Assembly (NCBI GenBank): GCA_022822065.1
Contig: JAJECI010000001.1
Location: 23,141-87,140 of the forward strand
Direction of reading: 5' to 3'
DNA: 64,000 bases
Source of the DNA: Candidatus Dadabacteria bacterium
GTDB lineage: Bacteria > Desulfobacterota_D > UBA1144 > Nemesobacterales > Nemesobacteraceae
The position numbers and the translations under genes are program-made. Below are positions 20,155 to 31,236 of this stretch, piece after piece (the stretch's first letter is position 1; the number at the start of each line of letters is the position of its first letter). The notes below the pieces were generated by a model that saw only the letters and a program-made list of their open reading frames with translations, did not search any database and was not told the DNA's origin.

Positions 20155-21861
20155 ATGACAAGAAAAAAACCCAAGGACCTGATGCATCCCGTCACCTATA
20201 AGCGTGAGAACGGGAAATTCGACGTCAACTGGTACCTGAAGGAAGACAGGGCAGACTGGGTGCTTCCCAAGGTACTTCGAGAACAGGCCCAGAAACTGGG
20301 CAAAAAGCCCTTCCTTCAGTTCGGCTACAAAAAGCCCCTGAGCTTCTACCAGACAAACCGTCTCGCAAACCGCGTTGCAAACGCCCTCTCCTCTCTCGGG
20401 GTAGAAAAGGCGGAAAAGGTCGCCGTTTACATGCCGAACTCAGATGACTACGTAATAACATGGTTCGGAATACTCAAGGCGGGAGCGGTCATGGTGCCCA
20501 TAAACACGGCCTACAAGATGGACTTTCTTGAATACATAATCGACAGTTCGGACGCCGAGGTGCTCTTCATAGCGGAAGAGTACCTGGACCGGATGCCCCC
20601 AATAGCGAAGAATCTCCGAAAGCTCCGCCACGTGATAGTCTGGACAAGGAGCGGGGAGAGGAAGTTTAAAAGGCACGGATACAGGTTCCGCAGGATGACC
20701 TCCTACTCGGAGTTTCTAAACTCGGGCTCTGGCAAGGAGCCGGACGTCGAGGTCACCTTCATGGACTACGCGAGGCTCATGTACACCTCCGGCACCACGG
20801 GCCGCTCAAAAGGAGTCATGAGACCCTGCGCCGCCGATTACAGCAGCGCGAGGAACTACGCCGAGATAATGGACATCGGCCCGGACGACGTCTGCTTCAC
20901 GTGCCTTCCGCTTTTTCATTCAAACGCCATGGTGATGACCGTCTATCCAGCCTTAATAAAAGGGGCGAAGACAGTAGTGGAGGAGAAATACAGCTCGAGC
21001 CGCTTCTGGAAATGGATGGTCGACCACGGGGTGACAAAGCTCAACACCGTGGGGACCATGTCGTACTTTCTCTGGAACACTCCTCCCGTACCTGAAGAGA
21101 GTCAGCATAAAATAAAGCTTGTTCTGGGCTCCCCCGCCCCCCACGACATGATAGAGGATTTCATGGAGCGCTTCGGGATAAAGTTCATGGAGGGCTATGG
21201 TCTTACGGAGATAGGACAGTGCACCTGGATGAGGCCTGGAGAGCCCTTCAGGGTGGGATCCTGCGGAAAGGAAGCCCCCAACTACGAGATAAAGGTCGCC
21301 GACCCGGAAACGGACGAGGAGGTGCCGAGGGGAAGCATAGGGGAGATCATAGTGCGCCCTAGGATCCCGAACGTGATGCTTCACTACTATCACAAGATGC
21401 CTGAGAAGACCGTGGAGGATTTCAGGAACTTCTGGTTCCACACCGGCGACGCGGGAAGAATGGACAAGGACGGCTACATATATTTTGTTGACAGGGTCAA
21501 GGACTACATAAGAAGAAGGGGCGAGAACATAAGCTCCTTTGAGGTAGAGAAGGTCGTTAACTCCCACCCGGATGTCGAGGAATCAGCCGCCATAGGCATA
21601 AAGTCTGAAGCCGGGAAATACGCGGAAGACGAACTCATGATACTAGTGATTCCGAAGAAAGGAAAAGAGATAGATCCCCCGGAACTGATGGATTACCTGC
21701 AACCCAGGATGCCCTATTTCATGATTCCAAGGTTCATAAGGTTTGTCGACTCCTTTCCTAAGACTGGCACGCAGAGAACCCAGAAGAATAAGCTTCGCGA
21801 ACAGGGAGTGACAAAAGATACCTGGGACATGGTGGAGGCCGGCTACAAGCTAAAGAGGTGA
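20155..21861 (+). CDS. AMP-dependent synthetase/ligase (acyl-CoA synthetase family).
   Basis: YTSGTTGRSKGVM P-loop, YGLTE and GDAGRMDKDGY motifs. ATG at 20155 after GGAGGAG. The listed 20113 start is less likely. Confidence 0.85.
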   Translation: MTRKKPKDLMHPVTYKRENGKFDVNWYLKEDRADWVLPKVLREQAQKLGKKPFLQFGYKKPLSFYQTNRLANRVANALSSLGVEKAEKVAVYMPNSDDYVITWFGILKAGAVMVPINTAYKMDFLEYIIDSSDAEVLFIAEEYLDRMPPIAKNLRKLRHVIVWTRSGERKFKRHGYRFRRMTSYSEFLNSGSGKEPDVEVTFMDYARLMYTSGTTGRSKGVMRPCAADYSSARNYAEIMDIGPDDVCFTCLPLFHSNAMVMTVYPALIKGAKTVVEEKYSSSRFWKWMVDHGVTKLNTVGTMSYFLWNTPPVPEESQHKIKLVLGSPAPHDMIEDFMERFGIKFMEGYGLTEIGQCTWMRPGEPFRVGSCGKEAPNYEIKVADPETDEEVPRGSIGEIIVRPRIPNVMLHYYHKMPEKTVEDFRNFWFHTGDAGRMDKDGYIYFVDRVKDYIRRRGENISSFEVEKVVNSHPDVEESAAIGIKSEAGKYAEDELMILVIPKKGKEIDPPELMDYLQPRMPYFMIPRFIRFVDSFPKTGTQRTQKNKLREQGVTKDTWDMVEAGYKLKR

Positions 21862-21930
21862 AATACAGCATCTCGCAAAGAGAAACACCTATCGGACACC
21901 TTTTAGCGGTTATATAACCACGTATTAATT

Positions 21931-23490
21931 CTATCTTCTAAGATTTGAAGTCTTATACGACGCCTCTCCCGATTCCTCCCGAGCGATCGTCTTGTAATCG
22001 CATCCGACGGCCTTCGCAAGAGCCCCTAAACGACGGCCGACGGTCTCAGGATGCGGTATCTGGTCAGGCATATGCAAAGTAAGTTTTTCTCCGGTCCTCT
22101 CAAGCCTGGTACTTTCAAGAATCCGCGTCACCCCTCCAGAAACGGTGTAGGCCAGACGAAGCGCAAGCCCAGTAACTCTGGCTTCTTCAATATCATCTCC
22201 GGAAAGAAAATCTGAGACTTCCCAGCGACGGATCAGGTTCCCAATCGCCGCATGCCTTGAGGCAACCGAAAAAGCCACCCTTACCCTTTCGGGATGGGTG
22301 ATTCCTACAAGCGGCATCCGCAGTATCCTCAAAAACACCTGCTCCGCCCGGTACTCGGGATGTTCGGAAATCCCTATGTCGGAAAGATGGCAGGCGGCTA
22401 ATCTCAGCCTTGGATTCCCGGAGGACTCATCAGGAATCGCCGGCTCTATCCACCTGCAGAAAGCCTCGCCGTCCCCGATCGATCTTCCCGTCTTGAGCGC
22501 GATTTCCTGGCACATGACAATGAGAGGGTCCAGGGAACGCTGCTCCGGTGGAAGATCATCATATATGCACCCTTCCCGAAGGCCGTACGTACAGAACATA
22601 AGATCCCTTACTCCTGTTCTTTTCAGAAGACTTTTCATAAGCGCCGCGGCGTAGGGAGCGGATTCCATTCTGTTTCTTCCTATGATCCAGAGACTTCGAA
22701 GCGAGCCCGGGGATATATCAACCACCTCCCGAGTCATCTCAAGCGCCCTTGAACTCGAAAGACTGTAGCCGTGAACTATGCGAAGCGGGTAGTCCTCGGT
22801 TTCCATGTGTTTTTTCGCCAGAGCGCGCCACGACCCTCCGACGGCGTAGAAAGTTTTCTTTTTTGCGTTTTTAAGCCAAGGAAGTTCTTCAAGACGGGGG
22901 ACGATCAGTTTCTTGGCGGCTTTTCCTGGACTGAGGCCGCTTTCAAGAAGCGGAATGGTACCCAGCGGCAATGTGGCGTGATTTCTTATTTCTCCCTCGC
23001 AAATCTCTACCAGTTCAAGGCTTCCGCCTCCTATGTCCCCCATCACGCCGTCAGCGTCAGGAATGGCGCAGAGGGTGCCGAAGGCGGAAAGCCTCGCCTC
23101 CTCAATGCCCGAGAGCACCAGAAGCGAGATCCCGCATTCCCGCTCGACAGCCTCCTTGAAGTCGGAGCCGTTTGCGGCGTTTCTCACCGCGGCGGTGGCA
23201 ACTGCCTTTATTCCGGAAACTCTCATCGAGCGCGCGATATCCACAAAGCGGCTTATGGTCCTAAGGGACAGATCCATGCTTCGGGGTGACATCCTGCCCT
23301 CCGCGTCCATTCCGCGCCCTAAGCCGCAGGAGACTTTTTCATCAAGTATAGGAAGCGGGGCGCGTCTCGGTCCCTTGTAGACAACGAGACGTATGGAGTT
23401 TGATCCTACGTCGATTACGGCCACGGTCCCACCCTCGCCGAACGGCGTGGCGGGAGGAGATATTTCTGTCATAAGATTATTCCTGAACAA
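21931..23490 (-). CDS. ppx: Exopolyphosphatase / guanosine-pentaphosphate phosphohydrolase.
   Basis: N-terminal [15 protein letters not shown] (Ppx/GppA ASKHA fold). It overlaps the ppk 3' end by 14 nt. Confidence 0.85.
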   Translation of the reverse strand: MFRNNLMTEISPPATPFGEGGTVAVIDVGSNSIRLVVYKGPRRAPLPILDEKVSCGLGRGMDAEGRMSPRSMDLSLRTISRFVDIARSMRVSGIKAVATAAVRNAANGSDFKEAVERECGISLLVLSGIEEARLSAFGTLCAIPDADGVMGDIGGGSLELVEICEGEIRNHATLPLGTIPLLESGLSPGKAAKKLIVPRLEELPWLKNAKKKTFYAVGGSWRALAKKHMETEDYPLRIVHGYSLSSSRALEMTREVVDISPGSLRSLWIIGRNRMESAPYAAALMKSLLKRTGVRDLMFCTYGLREGCIYDDLPPEQRSLDPLIVMCQEIALKTGRSIGDGEAFCRWIEPAIPDESSGNPRLRLAACHLSDIGISEHPEYRAEQVFLRILRMPLVGITHPERVRVAFSVASRHAAIGNLIRRWEVSDFLSGDDIEEARVTGLALRLAYTVSGGVTRILESTRLERTGEKLTLHMPDQIPHPETVGRRLGALAKAVGCDYKTIAREESGEASYKTSNLRR

Positions 23491-25626
23491 ACTCAGCCGG
23501 CATTAGCGGCCGGGATTCGGCAAGTGCCTTGCCTCTCCCCGAAAGACTCGGGTTGGTCATAAAGTACTTGTGGGCCGAAAAATTGTCCCCTTCTTTTTTC
23601 AGTTTGTGGAAAGAGCCGTCCGGTCCCATTTCCCAGCTGTTCACGACATCTTTTAGATTAGCGACCATCACCTGCTCAACGAGTTGCTTTTTCACAGTGG
23701 CGTTTTCGATCGGAACAAGCGACTCCACCCTGCGGTCAAGATTGCGGGGCATCCAGTCTGCAGAGGAGATGAAGACCTTGCAGGCATTAGAGGGAAGCCC
23801 CTCCCCGGCGCCAAAGCAGATGACCCTGCTGTGTTCGAGGAAACGCCCCACGATGCTCTTTACCCTGATGTTCTCAGAAAGCCCAGGCACCCCGGGCCGC
23901 AGGCAGCATATTCCCCGCACGAAAAGCTCGATTCTTACCCCCGCGCGGCTCGCCGCGTAGAGCGCGTCTATGATCTTGCTGTCCACAAGAGAATTCATCT
24001 TGGCCCATATCACCGCCGGCCGGCCTTCGCGTGATCTATCTCGTCCCTTATCAACTCAAGCACCTTCGGGCGCATCGTGACGGGAGAGAAAAATATCCTC
24101 TCCATCTTCTCCGGAGTGGCGTAACCGGTCATGTAGTTAAAAAGCTTGGCGGCGTCCCGACCGAGCGCCTCGTCGGCCGTGAAGTAGCTGAGATCCGTGT
24201 ATATCTTGGCGTTTACGGGGTGATAGTTGCCGGTACCGAAGTGGGTGTAGGTGCGGATGTCAGAACCCTCCCTTCTCACCACCAGCGACACCTTGGCGTG
24301 GGTTTTAAGATCAATGAATCCGTAAACGACCTGAACTCCCGCGTCCTCGAGGTCATGAGCCCAGCGGATGTTGGCCTTCTCGTCGAAACGGGCCTTGAGT
24401 TCCACCATGGCGGTTACGGATTTTCCGGCCTCGGCGGCTTCTATGAGCCTTTTCACTATCGGGGAGTCTTCCGAGGTGCGGTAAAGCGTCTGCTTGATCG
24501 TGAGGACCGCCGGATCCGCCGCGGCCTGCTTCAGGAACTCGACCACGACGTCGAAACTCTCGTATGGGTGGTGGACGACAAAATCCTTCTGCCGTATGGC
24601 CGCTATCACGTCGCCTCCGAATTCCCTTACCCGCTCGGGGTAGCGGATACTCATGCGCTTGTAAAGAAGGTCGCTTCGCTCATCCAGTATTATCTGCTTC
24701 ACGCTCTCAAGCCCGAGCATCCCCTTGATTCTGAAGAAATGCGCGTCCTGGGCCTCAATCTTGTCCATTATGAAGTCGACGATCGCGTCCGGCATGTCCG
24801 CGTTGACGTCAACCCTGATCACGGATCCTCCCCTGCGCTGCTGCTTAAGGGCAGTTTCAAACGTTTCGACCAGGTCTTTCGCGTCCTCGTCTATCTCAAG
24901 AAGGCTGTCGCGGGTGATCTGGAAGATCCCCTGATCTTCGACCTCGAAACCCGGGAAAAGAGATTTCATGTTGTGCTCGATGACCTTCTCGATCGGGACA
25001 AACTGGATCTTCTTTCCTCCTGGAACCCTTATGAAGCGCTCAACCTGGGAAGGAAGCAGTATGAGACCCGTCATGCGCTTTTCGTCCTCGGCGCGGCTCA
25101 GCTGCACGGCGCACACTAGGCTTTCGCTCTGTATGAAGGGAAACGGATGCGCCGGGTCTATGGCAAGCGGTGTAAGCACCGGAAAAAGCTTTTTTGAGAA
25201 CCACTCAGAAAGCCACTCCGCGCTCGAGCGGTCGAGGCTCTCGGGAGTCACGATCTTGATCTTCGCCTTCTTGCAGAGGGAAAACAGTTCCTTTTCGCAC
25301 TCGTACTGGCTGTCAAGCAGGAAGCGCACCTTCTCCCTTATGGCCTCGAGCTGCTGGGACGGCGTAAGACCGTCTTTGCTGCGGTCGGTCACCCCTTCCA
25401 TTACCTGTCCCGCAAGACCCGCCACCCTTACCTTGTAGAACTCATCGAGGTTGCTCGCGGAGATGGATAGAAATCGCACCCTCTCAAGAAGCGGAACCTT
25501 CTTGCTTGCCGCCGTCTCGAGAACCCGCAGGTTGAAATCAAGCCAGGAAAGCTCCCTGTTAAGATACTTCTTGGAAGAACCCTTGGAACCTCTCTTGCTC
25601 GCGATGTCCGTTATCGAAGAAGCCAC
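23477..25626 (-). CDS. ppk: Polyphosphate kinase 1, read as two ORFs (24010..25626 N-part, 23477..24013 C-part) because of an apparent 1-nt frameshift in a GGCCGGCCGG tract.
   Basis: The N-part ends …[11 protein letters not shown]. The other frame continues [21 protein letters not shown]…, which aligns with the contiguous E. coli Ppk sequence (…GKPAHIIAKVNSLTD…). One extra C/G at ~24012-24020 would restore a single ~716-aa ORF. Confidence 0.85.
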
Positions 25627-25714
25627 TTACAACCTCCCGAGGGCGTGACATGCTGCGTCTTAACACCCACAACCCGTGAGTTTACATAATTCCTCGCTGC
25701 GTGGAAAGCCGAAC

Positions 25715-27292
25715 TCACTCCGCCACCTCCCAAAACGGCGTAATCCTCCCGAGGCGCTTCCACTGCGGCTGCGCCGTGCGAAGGCACTTTCTCACCCTGG
25801 CCTGCGACCATTCCTGCGCAAGGCGTACTACCGAAGGATCAAGCCTTCCGGGCTTGACCGCCGCCAGGATGTGCCGCGCGACTATCGCATCGTTTGTCTT
25901 TCCGAGGCTGTCCTGAAAGCGTCCCATGAGCTTCATGAAGGGCGGAACCTGGGGGCCGCTCCAAAGCGAATTGAAAAACTGCGTTGCGTAGCGGGCCTTT
26001 TTCCCCCGCTTTCTTATTTCGTGAAGATCCTCGTCAGGAAGGCGCGAAAGAGGCCTCGTATCCTCGAGAAAATAGCGCCACGTTCTTCTGAGCACGCTTT
26101 TCGCAAACGGTTTTACCGGCTGACTGAAAGCCTTGGAACCGGCTTCCTTCTCTACAGACGCGATCCATCGCTCGAACTGGAGCAGCAGGCGGGCGTAGCG
26201 GCGGCTCTCAAGATAGGAGGCCGCGTCCCCGACGGCGCGGCGCCGCTCGGCGCGAGCGATGCGTCTAAGACGCTCTATCGCAAGATCCTGCCCGGGAGCC
26301 GCGGAGGCTATCCTGGGAAGGGTCTCGCTTAAAAACACCTGCCAGTCCCGGGCCGGGGCCAGACGCTGCTGGAACCAGCGGAACTCTCCGTTAAAGGCCT
26401 TCCGCTTGTCATAGGGGAGTATTTTTTTGAAAGCCCGAAGCGCCGCGCGCACGCGTCTCATCGCCACCCTCGTCTGGTGCACCCCTTCCGCCCTTCCCTC
26501 GATGGTCGGAATCTCGTTTGCGAACATGTGTTCAAGCGCGCCCGCGATGATGAAATTAAACGCCTCCCCGACGCTCATCTCCTCCGTGAGCAGAACCTTC
26601 GGGGCCTTAAGCGGTCTTGGCCGAAGGGCCGGCCTCGCAAGAGCGTAGCCCCTCTGCGCCTTGGTAAGGTGGCCGAGACGTATGTCGTAAGCCTCGCAGA
26701 TCTCAAGGGCCACGTCGAACATCCGCGCCGGGTCCCCCGAGAGCAGTTCGAACTCCGCCTCGCAGATAGGCTCCTCAACGCGTCCCCCGGGTGTTTCGGC
26801 GTGAATCACTCCCTGATCCACCGCCAGTTCGAATTCGGCGCCCTTGGTCCTGATGCGAACCGCCTCGCGAAAAAAGTCCGTGGTGAACACGGGGCCGAGG
26901 CGCTTTTCGTAGCGCCGGCGGGAGAGCCTGCGGGCAAGCGCAGGATCGTCCACGGCGCTAAGATTCGGGGAATCGCCATTCACCGGAACGGTCCATTCGC
27001 AGAAATTCTGAAGGCCCGCGGGGCCTCGAAACGGCGCCTTTATGGTCTGCTCCCTTCCATTCCCGTTATCACGCACCCGAAGCACTATGTCGGATTTTCT
27101 GAGCGCATGGCGCGGGGTATCGAAATAGGTGCTTACGAGATGGCGCTTTGAGCGGCGGCCCTTGCGAAGGGGCTTAAGTCCCTTGTAGCGCAGAATCCGA
27201 TTCGCCACGGCGGGCGAAAGGGACAGCTTGAACTCCGTTTCCTCGTACACGACGTAAAGATTTAACCACCCGTTTTGTCCGCAATAGGACAC
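25715..27292 (-). CDS. CYTH-domain (triphosphate tunnel metalloenzyme) plus CHAD-domain protein.
   Basis: N-terminal ExExK signature (YEETEFKLSL) and a C-terminal helical CHAD region. It is the first gene of the operon with ppk and ppx. The start is uncertain (GTG at 27292 or GTG at 27250). Confidence 0.7.
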   Translation of the reverse strand: MSYCGQNGWLNLYVVYEETEFKLSLSPAVANRILRYKGLKPLRKGRRSKRHLVSTYFDTPRHALRKSDIVLRVRDNGNGREQTIKAPFRGPAGLQNFCEWTVPVNGDSPNLSAVDDPALARRLSRRRYEKRLGPVFTTDFFREAVRIRTKGAEFELAVDQGVIHAETPGGRVEEPICEAEFELLSGDPARMFDVALEICEAYDIRLGHLTKAQRGYALARPALRPRPLKAPKVLLTEEMSVGEAFNFIIAGALEHMFANEIPTIEGRAEGVHQTRVAMRRVRAALRAFKKILPYDKRKAFNGEFRWFQQRLAPARDWQVFLSETLPRIASAAPGQDLAIERLRRIARAERRRAVGDAASYLESRRYARLLLQFERWIASVEKEAGSKAFSQPVKPFAKSVLRRTWRYFLEDTRPLSRLPDEDLHEIRKRGKKARYATQFFNSLWSGPQVPPFMKLMGRFQDSLGKTNDAIVARHILAAVKPGRLDPSVVRLAQEWSQARVRKCLRTAQPQWKRLGRITPFWEVAE

Positions 27293-27383
27293 TTTAGTTT
27301 ACTTGATTAAAACCCGGCTGTCATTTTCTCGAGTTACTGGATGAAACCGAAAGAAAATGTATAATTCAATGTCGTAACCCGCA

Positions 27384-30300
27384 ATGGCAGATTCCTTCGT
27401 TCACCTACATTTACATTCGCAGTACTCGCTTCTTGACGGCTCGATAAAGTTCGACGAACTGATCGAAAGGGCCGAGTCCCACTCCATGCCCGCCGTCGCC
27501 GTAACCGACCACGGAAACCTCTTCGGAGCGTACGAGTTTTTCGAAAAGGCAAAGGCCCGGGGCGTAAAGCCCATAATAGGCTGCGAACTCTACGTGACCC
27601 CGACGCTTAAACTCGAAAAGCCTTCCGACGGAAAGAACTACCACCTCACGGTGCTCTGCATGAACGAGCAGGGATACAGGAACCTCTCGAGGCTCGTCAC
27701 GAGAGGGTACTTCGAGGGTTTTTACCGCCGTCCGCGCGTTGATCACCAGATGCTGTCCGAGCACAACGAGGGGCTCATAGTCCTCTCCGGGTGCATGAGC
27801 AGCGAACTCTCCCAGGCCATTTTCAAAAAAGACCTTAAGGAGCAGGCAAGGATCGCGTCGATATACAAGGAGATATTCGGGGACCGCTACTATCTTGAAG
27901 TGCAGGCAATCGGCCTTGAGGAGCAGCGGAGGGTGAACAGGGGGCTCAGGAGAATAGGCGAGCGCCTGGACATACCGCTCGCGGCGACCAACGACTGCCA
28001 TTTTCTCACCAGGGAGGACCACAAGTCGCACGACGCGCTTTTGTGCATCCAGACCGGAAGCATGGTAGCCGACCAGAAAAGAATGAGGTTTCCAAGCGAC
28101 GACTTCTACGTGAAGACCAGGGAGGAGATGGCCAAGGACATGGAGGGTTTCGAGGACGCGCTTGAGGAGGCGGTGAAAATCTCCGAGCGCTGCGATTTCG
28201 AGTTCGAAAACGTGGGATACAGGTTCCCGGAATACGTCCCTCCCGAGGGAAAATCGCTTGATGAGTTCATGCGCGAGATCTCGAGCATGAATCTCGAGAA
28301 AATGCTCCGGGAAAACGAAGTGCCCGAAGAGGCTCACGATACCTATCGCGAGCGGCTTCGCTCGGAGCTTGACACCATCTGCAAGATGGGATTTTCCGCG
28401 TACTTCCTCGTGGTGTCCGACTTCATATTCCACGCCAAGAAAAACGATATCCCGGTGGGACCGGGGCGAGGAAGCGCCGCCGGGAGCCTGGTCGCCTACG
28501 CCCTCGGCATAACGGCCATCGACCCCATAAGGCACAACCTTATTTTCGAGAGGTTCCTTAACCCCGAGAGGGTGAGCATGCCCGACATAGATGTCGATTT
28601 CTGCGGGGAGCACCGCGACGAGATAATAAGGTACGTCACGGAGAAATACGGGGCGGACAAGGTGGCCCAGATCGGCACCTTCGGAACCATGTCCTCGAAA
28701 GCCGTGATAAAGGACGTGGGAAGGGTTCTGGGGCTTCCCTACTCGGAAGTTGACCGGCTCTCGAAAATGGTCCCCTCTTTCCGGGGGAAGGTATTCAGCA
28801 TAGAGGAGGCCGTAAACAAGGTAAAGGAGATAAGGGAGCGGCTTTCCGAGAACAAGGAGCTCGCCGAAGCTGTGGAGCTCGCGAGGTCGCTTGAGAACAT
28901 GGTGCGCCATTCCTCAACCCACGCGGCGGGCGTGGTGATATCGAACGAGCCGCTTGCCGACTACATACCGCTTTACAGGGGAAGCAAAAACGAGATCGTG
29001 ACCCAGTTCGACATGAACTCCATAGAGAAGCTCGGCTACGTGAAATTCGACTTCCTCGGCCTAAAGACCCTTACCATACTGGACAAGGCGGTTAAGTACG
29101 TAAGGGAAACCCAGGGGGAAAATGAAAAGGAATTCGACCTTGACAGGGTCCCCCTTGACGACCCGAAGGTCTACGCCCTGCTTAGCGAAGGCGCGACCAT
29201 GGGGATATTCCAGGTTGAATCCCAAGGAATGAAGGATCTTCTGGCCAAGCTGCGGCCCGCGGAATTCGAGGACATAACGGCCGCCCTGGCGCTTTACCGC
29301 CCCGGCCCTCTTGACAGCGGCATGGCGGAGGAGTTCACCCGGAGAAAAAACGGGGATGCGGTCGATTTCCCGCATCCCGCGCTTCGAGAGATACTGGGAG
29401 GGACATACGGCCTCTTTGTTTACCAGGAGCAGATAATGCAGACCGCGAGCGAGCTTGCGGGCTTCACCATGGGGGAGGCGGATCTTCTCCGCAGAGCCAT
29501 GGGCAAAAAGAAATCAAGCGAAATGAGGGCCCAGCGCAAGAGGTTTCTTACGGGAGCGGAGAAAAAAGGAATCGAGAGCAAAAAAGCCGCCGAGCTTTTC
29601 GACACCCTCGAGAAGTTCGCCGAATACTCCTTTAACAAGAGCCACAGCGCGGCCTACGCCATGATCACCTACCAGACGGCCTACCTCAAGGCGCACTACC
29701 CGGCTGAATTCATGGCAGCCTTCTTGTCCGTCGAGGCCCACAACGTGGGCAAGGTGATCTCCGGCATAACCGAGTGCAAAAAACTCGGAATCGACGTTCT
29801 GCAGCCCGACATAAACCGAAGCTGCTCCGGGTTCACGGTGTCGGAAGGAAAGGTGCTGTTCGGATTCACCGCAATCAAATACGTCGGGGACGGCCTGACC
29901 GAGGAAATAGTCAGAAGCAGGGAAAAAGACGGGGTATTCGAATCCGTCTTCGACTTCTGCGCCAGGGTGGATTCAAGAAAACTAAACAAAAAGGCGCTTG
30001 AAAGCCTGATAAAGGGAGGCGTTTTCGATTCTCTGGAGCCGAACAGGGCACGGCTGCTTGCTTCCTGCGAGTCCCTGCTCGGGTACAACTCCATGAAACA
30101 GCACACGCCGGTTAACGGACAGGGAATGCTGTTTGACCTTCCGGATTCCGTGACCGCTCCCGAGCTTGCAGAAACCGAGCGGTGGGATGACCGCACGAGG
30201 CTTGAGAACGAGCTTGACGTGCTCGGGTTTTTCATATCGTCCCACCCGCTTCAAAAGTACTCTTCCGAGCTTGAAAAACACAGCCGCCTTCGCGACACCG

Positions 30301-30833
30301 AATCCATAAAGCTCGTGAAGGACGGTTCCGAGGTGAGAATAGCCGGGGTGGTGAGATCGTTCGAAACCAAAAACACCCGCAGGGGAACCGGCCTCATCGG
30401 CTACTTCACCCTGGAGGATCTGAACGGCTTCGTGGAGGCCATAGTGTTCAACGACACCCTGCGCACGTCCAGCTCCCTTCTGGAACAGAAGGTGGAACCG
30501 GTGATAGTGAAGGGGAAGGTCGAGGTCTCAGACGACAAGATACGCCTTCTCGCAAGCAGCATCTCCTCGCTCAGGGAGACCAGGACGAACTCCGCGGTCT
30601 GCATAAGCATCGCCCGTAAATCGGTAAACGAGCAGAACATACTCAGCCTGAGGGAAATCCTTGAGAAGTTCCCGGGAGACTCGACCGTTATAATCGACAT
30701 GAAGACCGATCGCTCAGAGGCCACGCTGAGGGTCGGAAACTGCAAGGTCGACTTCGGGAACGAGCTAATAGAAAACATCGAGGGGCTGCTCGGGGAAGGC
30801 GCGGTGACCCTCAGGGAAAGCTCATTCGCCTAG
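27384..30833 (+). CDS. dnaE: DNA polymerase III alpha subunit.
   Basis: PHP domain N-terminus (HLHLHSQYSLLDGS…), 1149 aa. Confidence 0.95.
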   Translation: MADSFVHLHLHSQYSLLDGSIKFDELIERAESHSMPAVAVTDHGNLFGAYEFFEKAKARGVKPIIGCELYVTPTLKLEKPSDGKNYHLTVLCMNEQGYRNLSRLVTRGYFEGFYRRPRVDHQMLSEHNEGLIVLSGCMSSELSQAIFKKDLKEQARIASIYKEIFGDRYYLEVQAIGLEEQRRVNRGLRRIGERLDIPLAATNDCHFLTREDHKSHDALLCIQTGSMVADQKRMRFPSDDFYVKTREEMAKDMEGFEDALEEAVKISERCDFEFENVGYRFPEYVPPEGKSLDEFMREISSMNLEKMLRENEVPEEAHDTYRERLRSELDTICKMGFSAYFLVVSDFIFHAKKNDIPVGPGRGSAAGSLVAYALGITAIDPIRHNLIFERFLNPERVSMPDIDVDFCGEHRDEIIRYVTEKYGADKVAQIGTFGTMSSKAVIKDVGRVLGLPYSEVDRLSKMVPSFRGKVFSIEEAVNKVKEIRERLSENKELAEAVELARSLENMVRHSSTHAAGVVISNEPLADYIPLYRGSKNEIVTQFDMNSIEKLGYVKFDFLGLKTLTILDKAVKYVRETQGENEKEFDLDRVPLDDPKVYALLSEGATMGIFQVESQGMKDLLAKLRPAEFEDITAALALYRPGPLDSGMAEEFTRRKNGDAVDFPHPALREILGGTYGLFVYQEQIMQTASELAGFTMGEADLLRRAMGKKKSSEMRAQRKRFLTGAEKKGIESKKAAELFDTLEKFAEYSFNKSHSAAYAMITYQTAYLKAHYPAEFMAAFLSVEAHNVGKVISGITECKKLGIDVLQPDINRSCSGFTVSEGKVLFGFTAIKYVGDGLTEEIVRSREKDGVFESVFDFCARVDSRKLNKKALESLIKGGVFDSLEPNRARLLASCESLLGYNSMKQHTPVNGQGMLFDLPDSVTAPELAETERWDDRTRLENELDVLGFFISSHPLQKYSSELEKHSRLRDTESIKLVKDGSEVRIAGVVRSFETKNTRRGTGLIGYFTLEDLNGFVEAIVFNDTLRTSSSLLEQKVEPVIVKGKVEVSDDKIRLLASSISSLRETRTNSAVCISIARKSVNEQNILSLREILEKFPGDSTVIIDMKTDRSEATLRVGNCKVDFGNELIENIEGLLGEGAVTLRESSFA

Positions 30834-31106
30834 AAGCTCTATAACGGCTCTTAGCCCCTCGGGGTCCTTCGTGATGACAAACACCTCCTGCACAGAAGTG
30901 CCGCTTCTCGCTATGAGCTTGGCCCCGCTCAGGGTGCTGTACTTGTAGCTCACCGCGAGATTCTCCCCCGTGGCGCGACCGACCTTTATCTCGCCGGGAA
31001 TGATTCCCGTCACGTGGTCAAGGTCCGAGATGTTGTCCTCAAGAAAACGCCTTAGTCCCTTTATTATCGAATGTTCGGTTTTTATCTTGTTTTTTCTGTA
31101 TTTCAT
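30822..31106 (-). CDS. 94-aa hypothetical protein, convergent with dnaE.
   Basis: ORF with a 12-nt 3' overlap with dnaE. No recognisable motif. Confidence 0.35.
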   Translation of the reverse strand: MKYRKNKIKTEHSIIKGLRRFLEDNISDLDHVTGIIPGEIKVGRATGENLAVSYKYSTLSGAKLIARSGTSVQEVFVITKDPEGLRAVIELLGE

Positions 31107-31236
31107 GATTTCCTAGGGGAATATTATACTTCCTTACAGGGTCGAGGTGTAGCGGGCACCCGGGCGCGGGGATTTCTCCCGGCCGCCCGGTCCTCCGCCG
31201 GCATAACGCGCAACGAGGCGCAGAGGGCGCCGTGAG

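Noticed and set aside
27411-28910. 499-aa minus-strand ORF inside dnaE.
   Set aside because: It is antisense to the highly conserved DnaE coding sequence and has no motif content. It is a typical high-GC shadow ORF.
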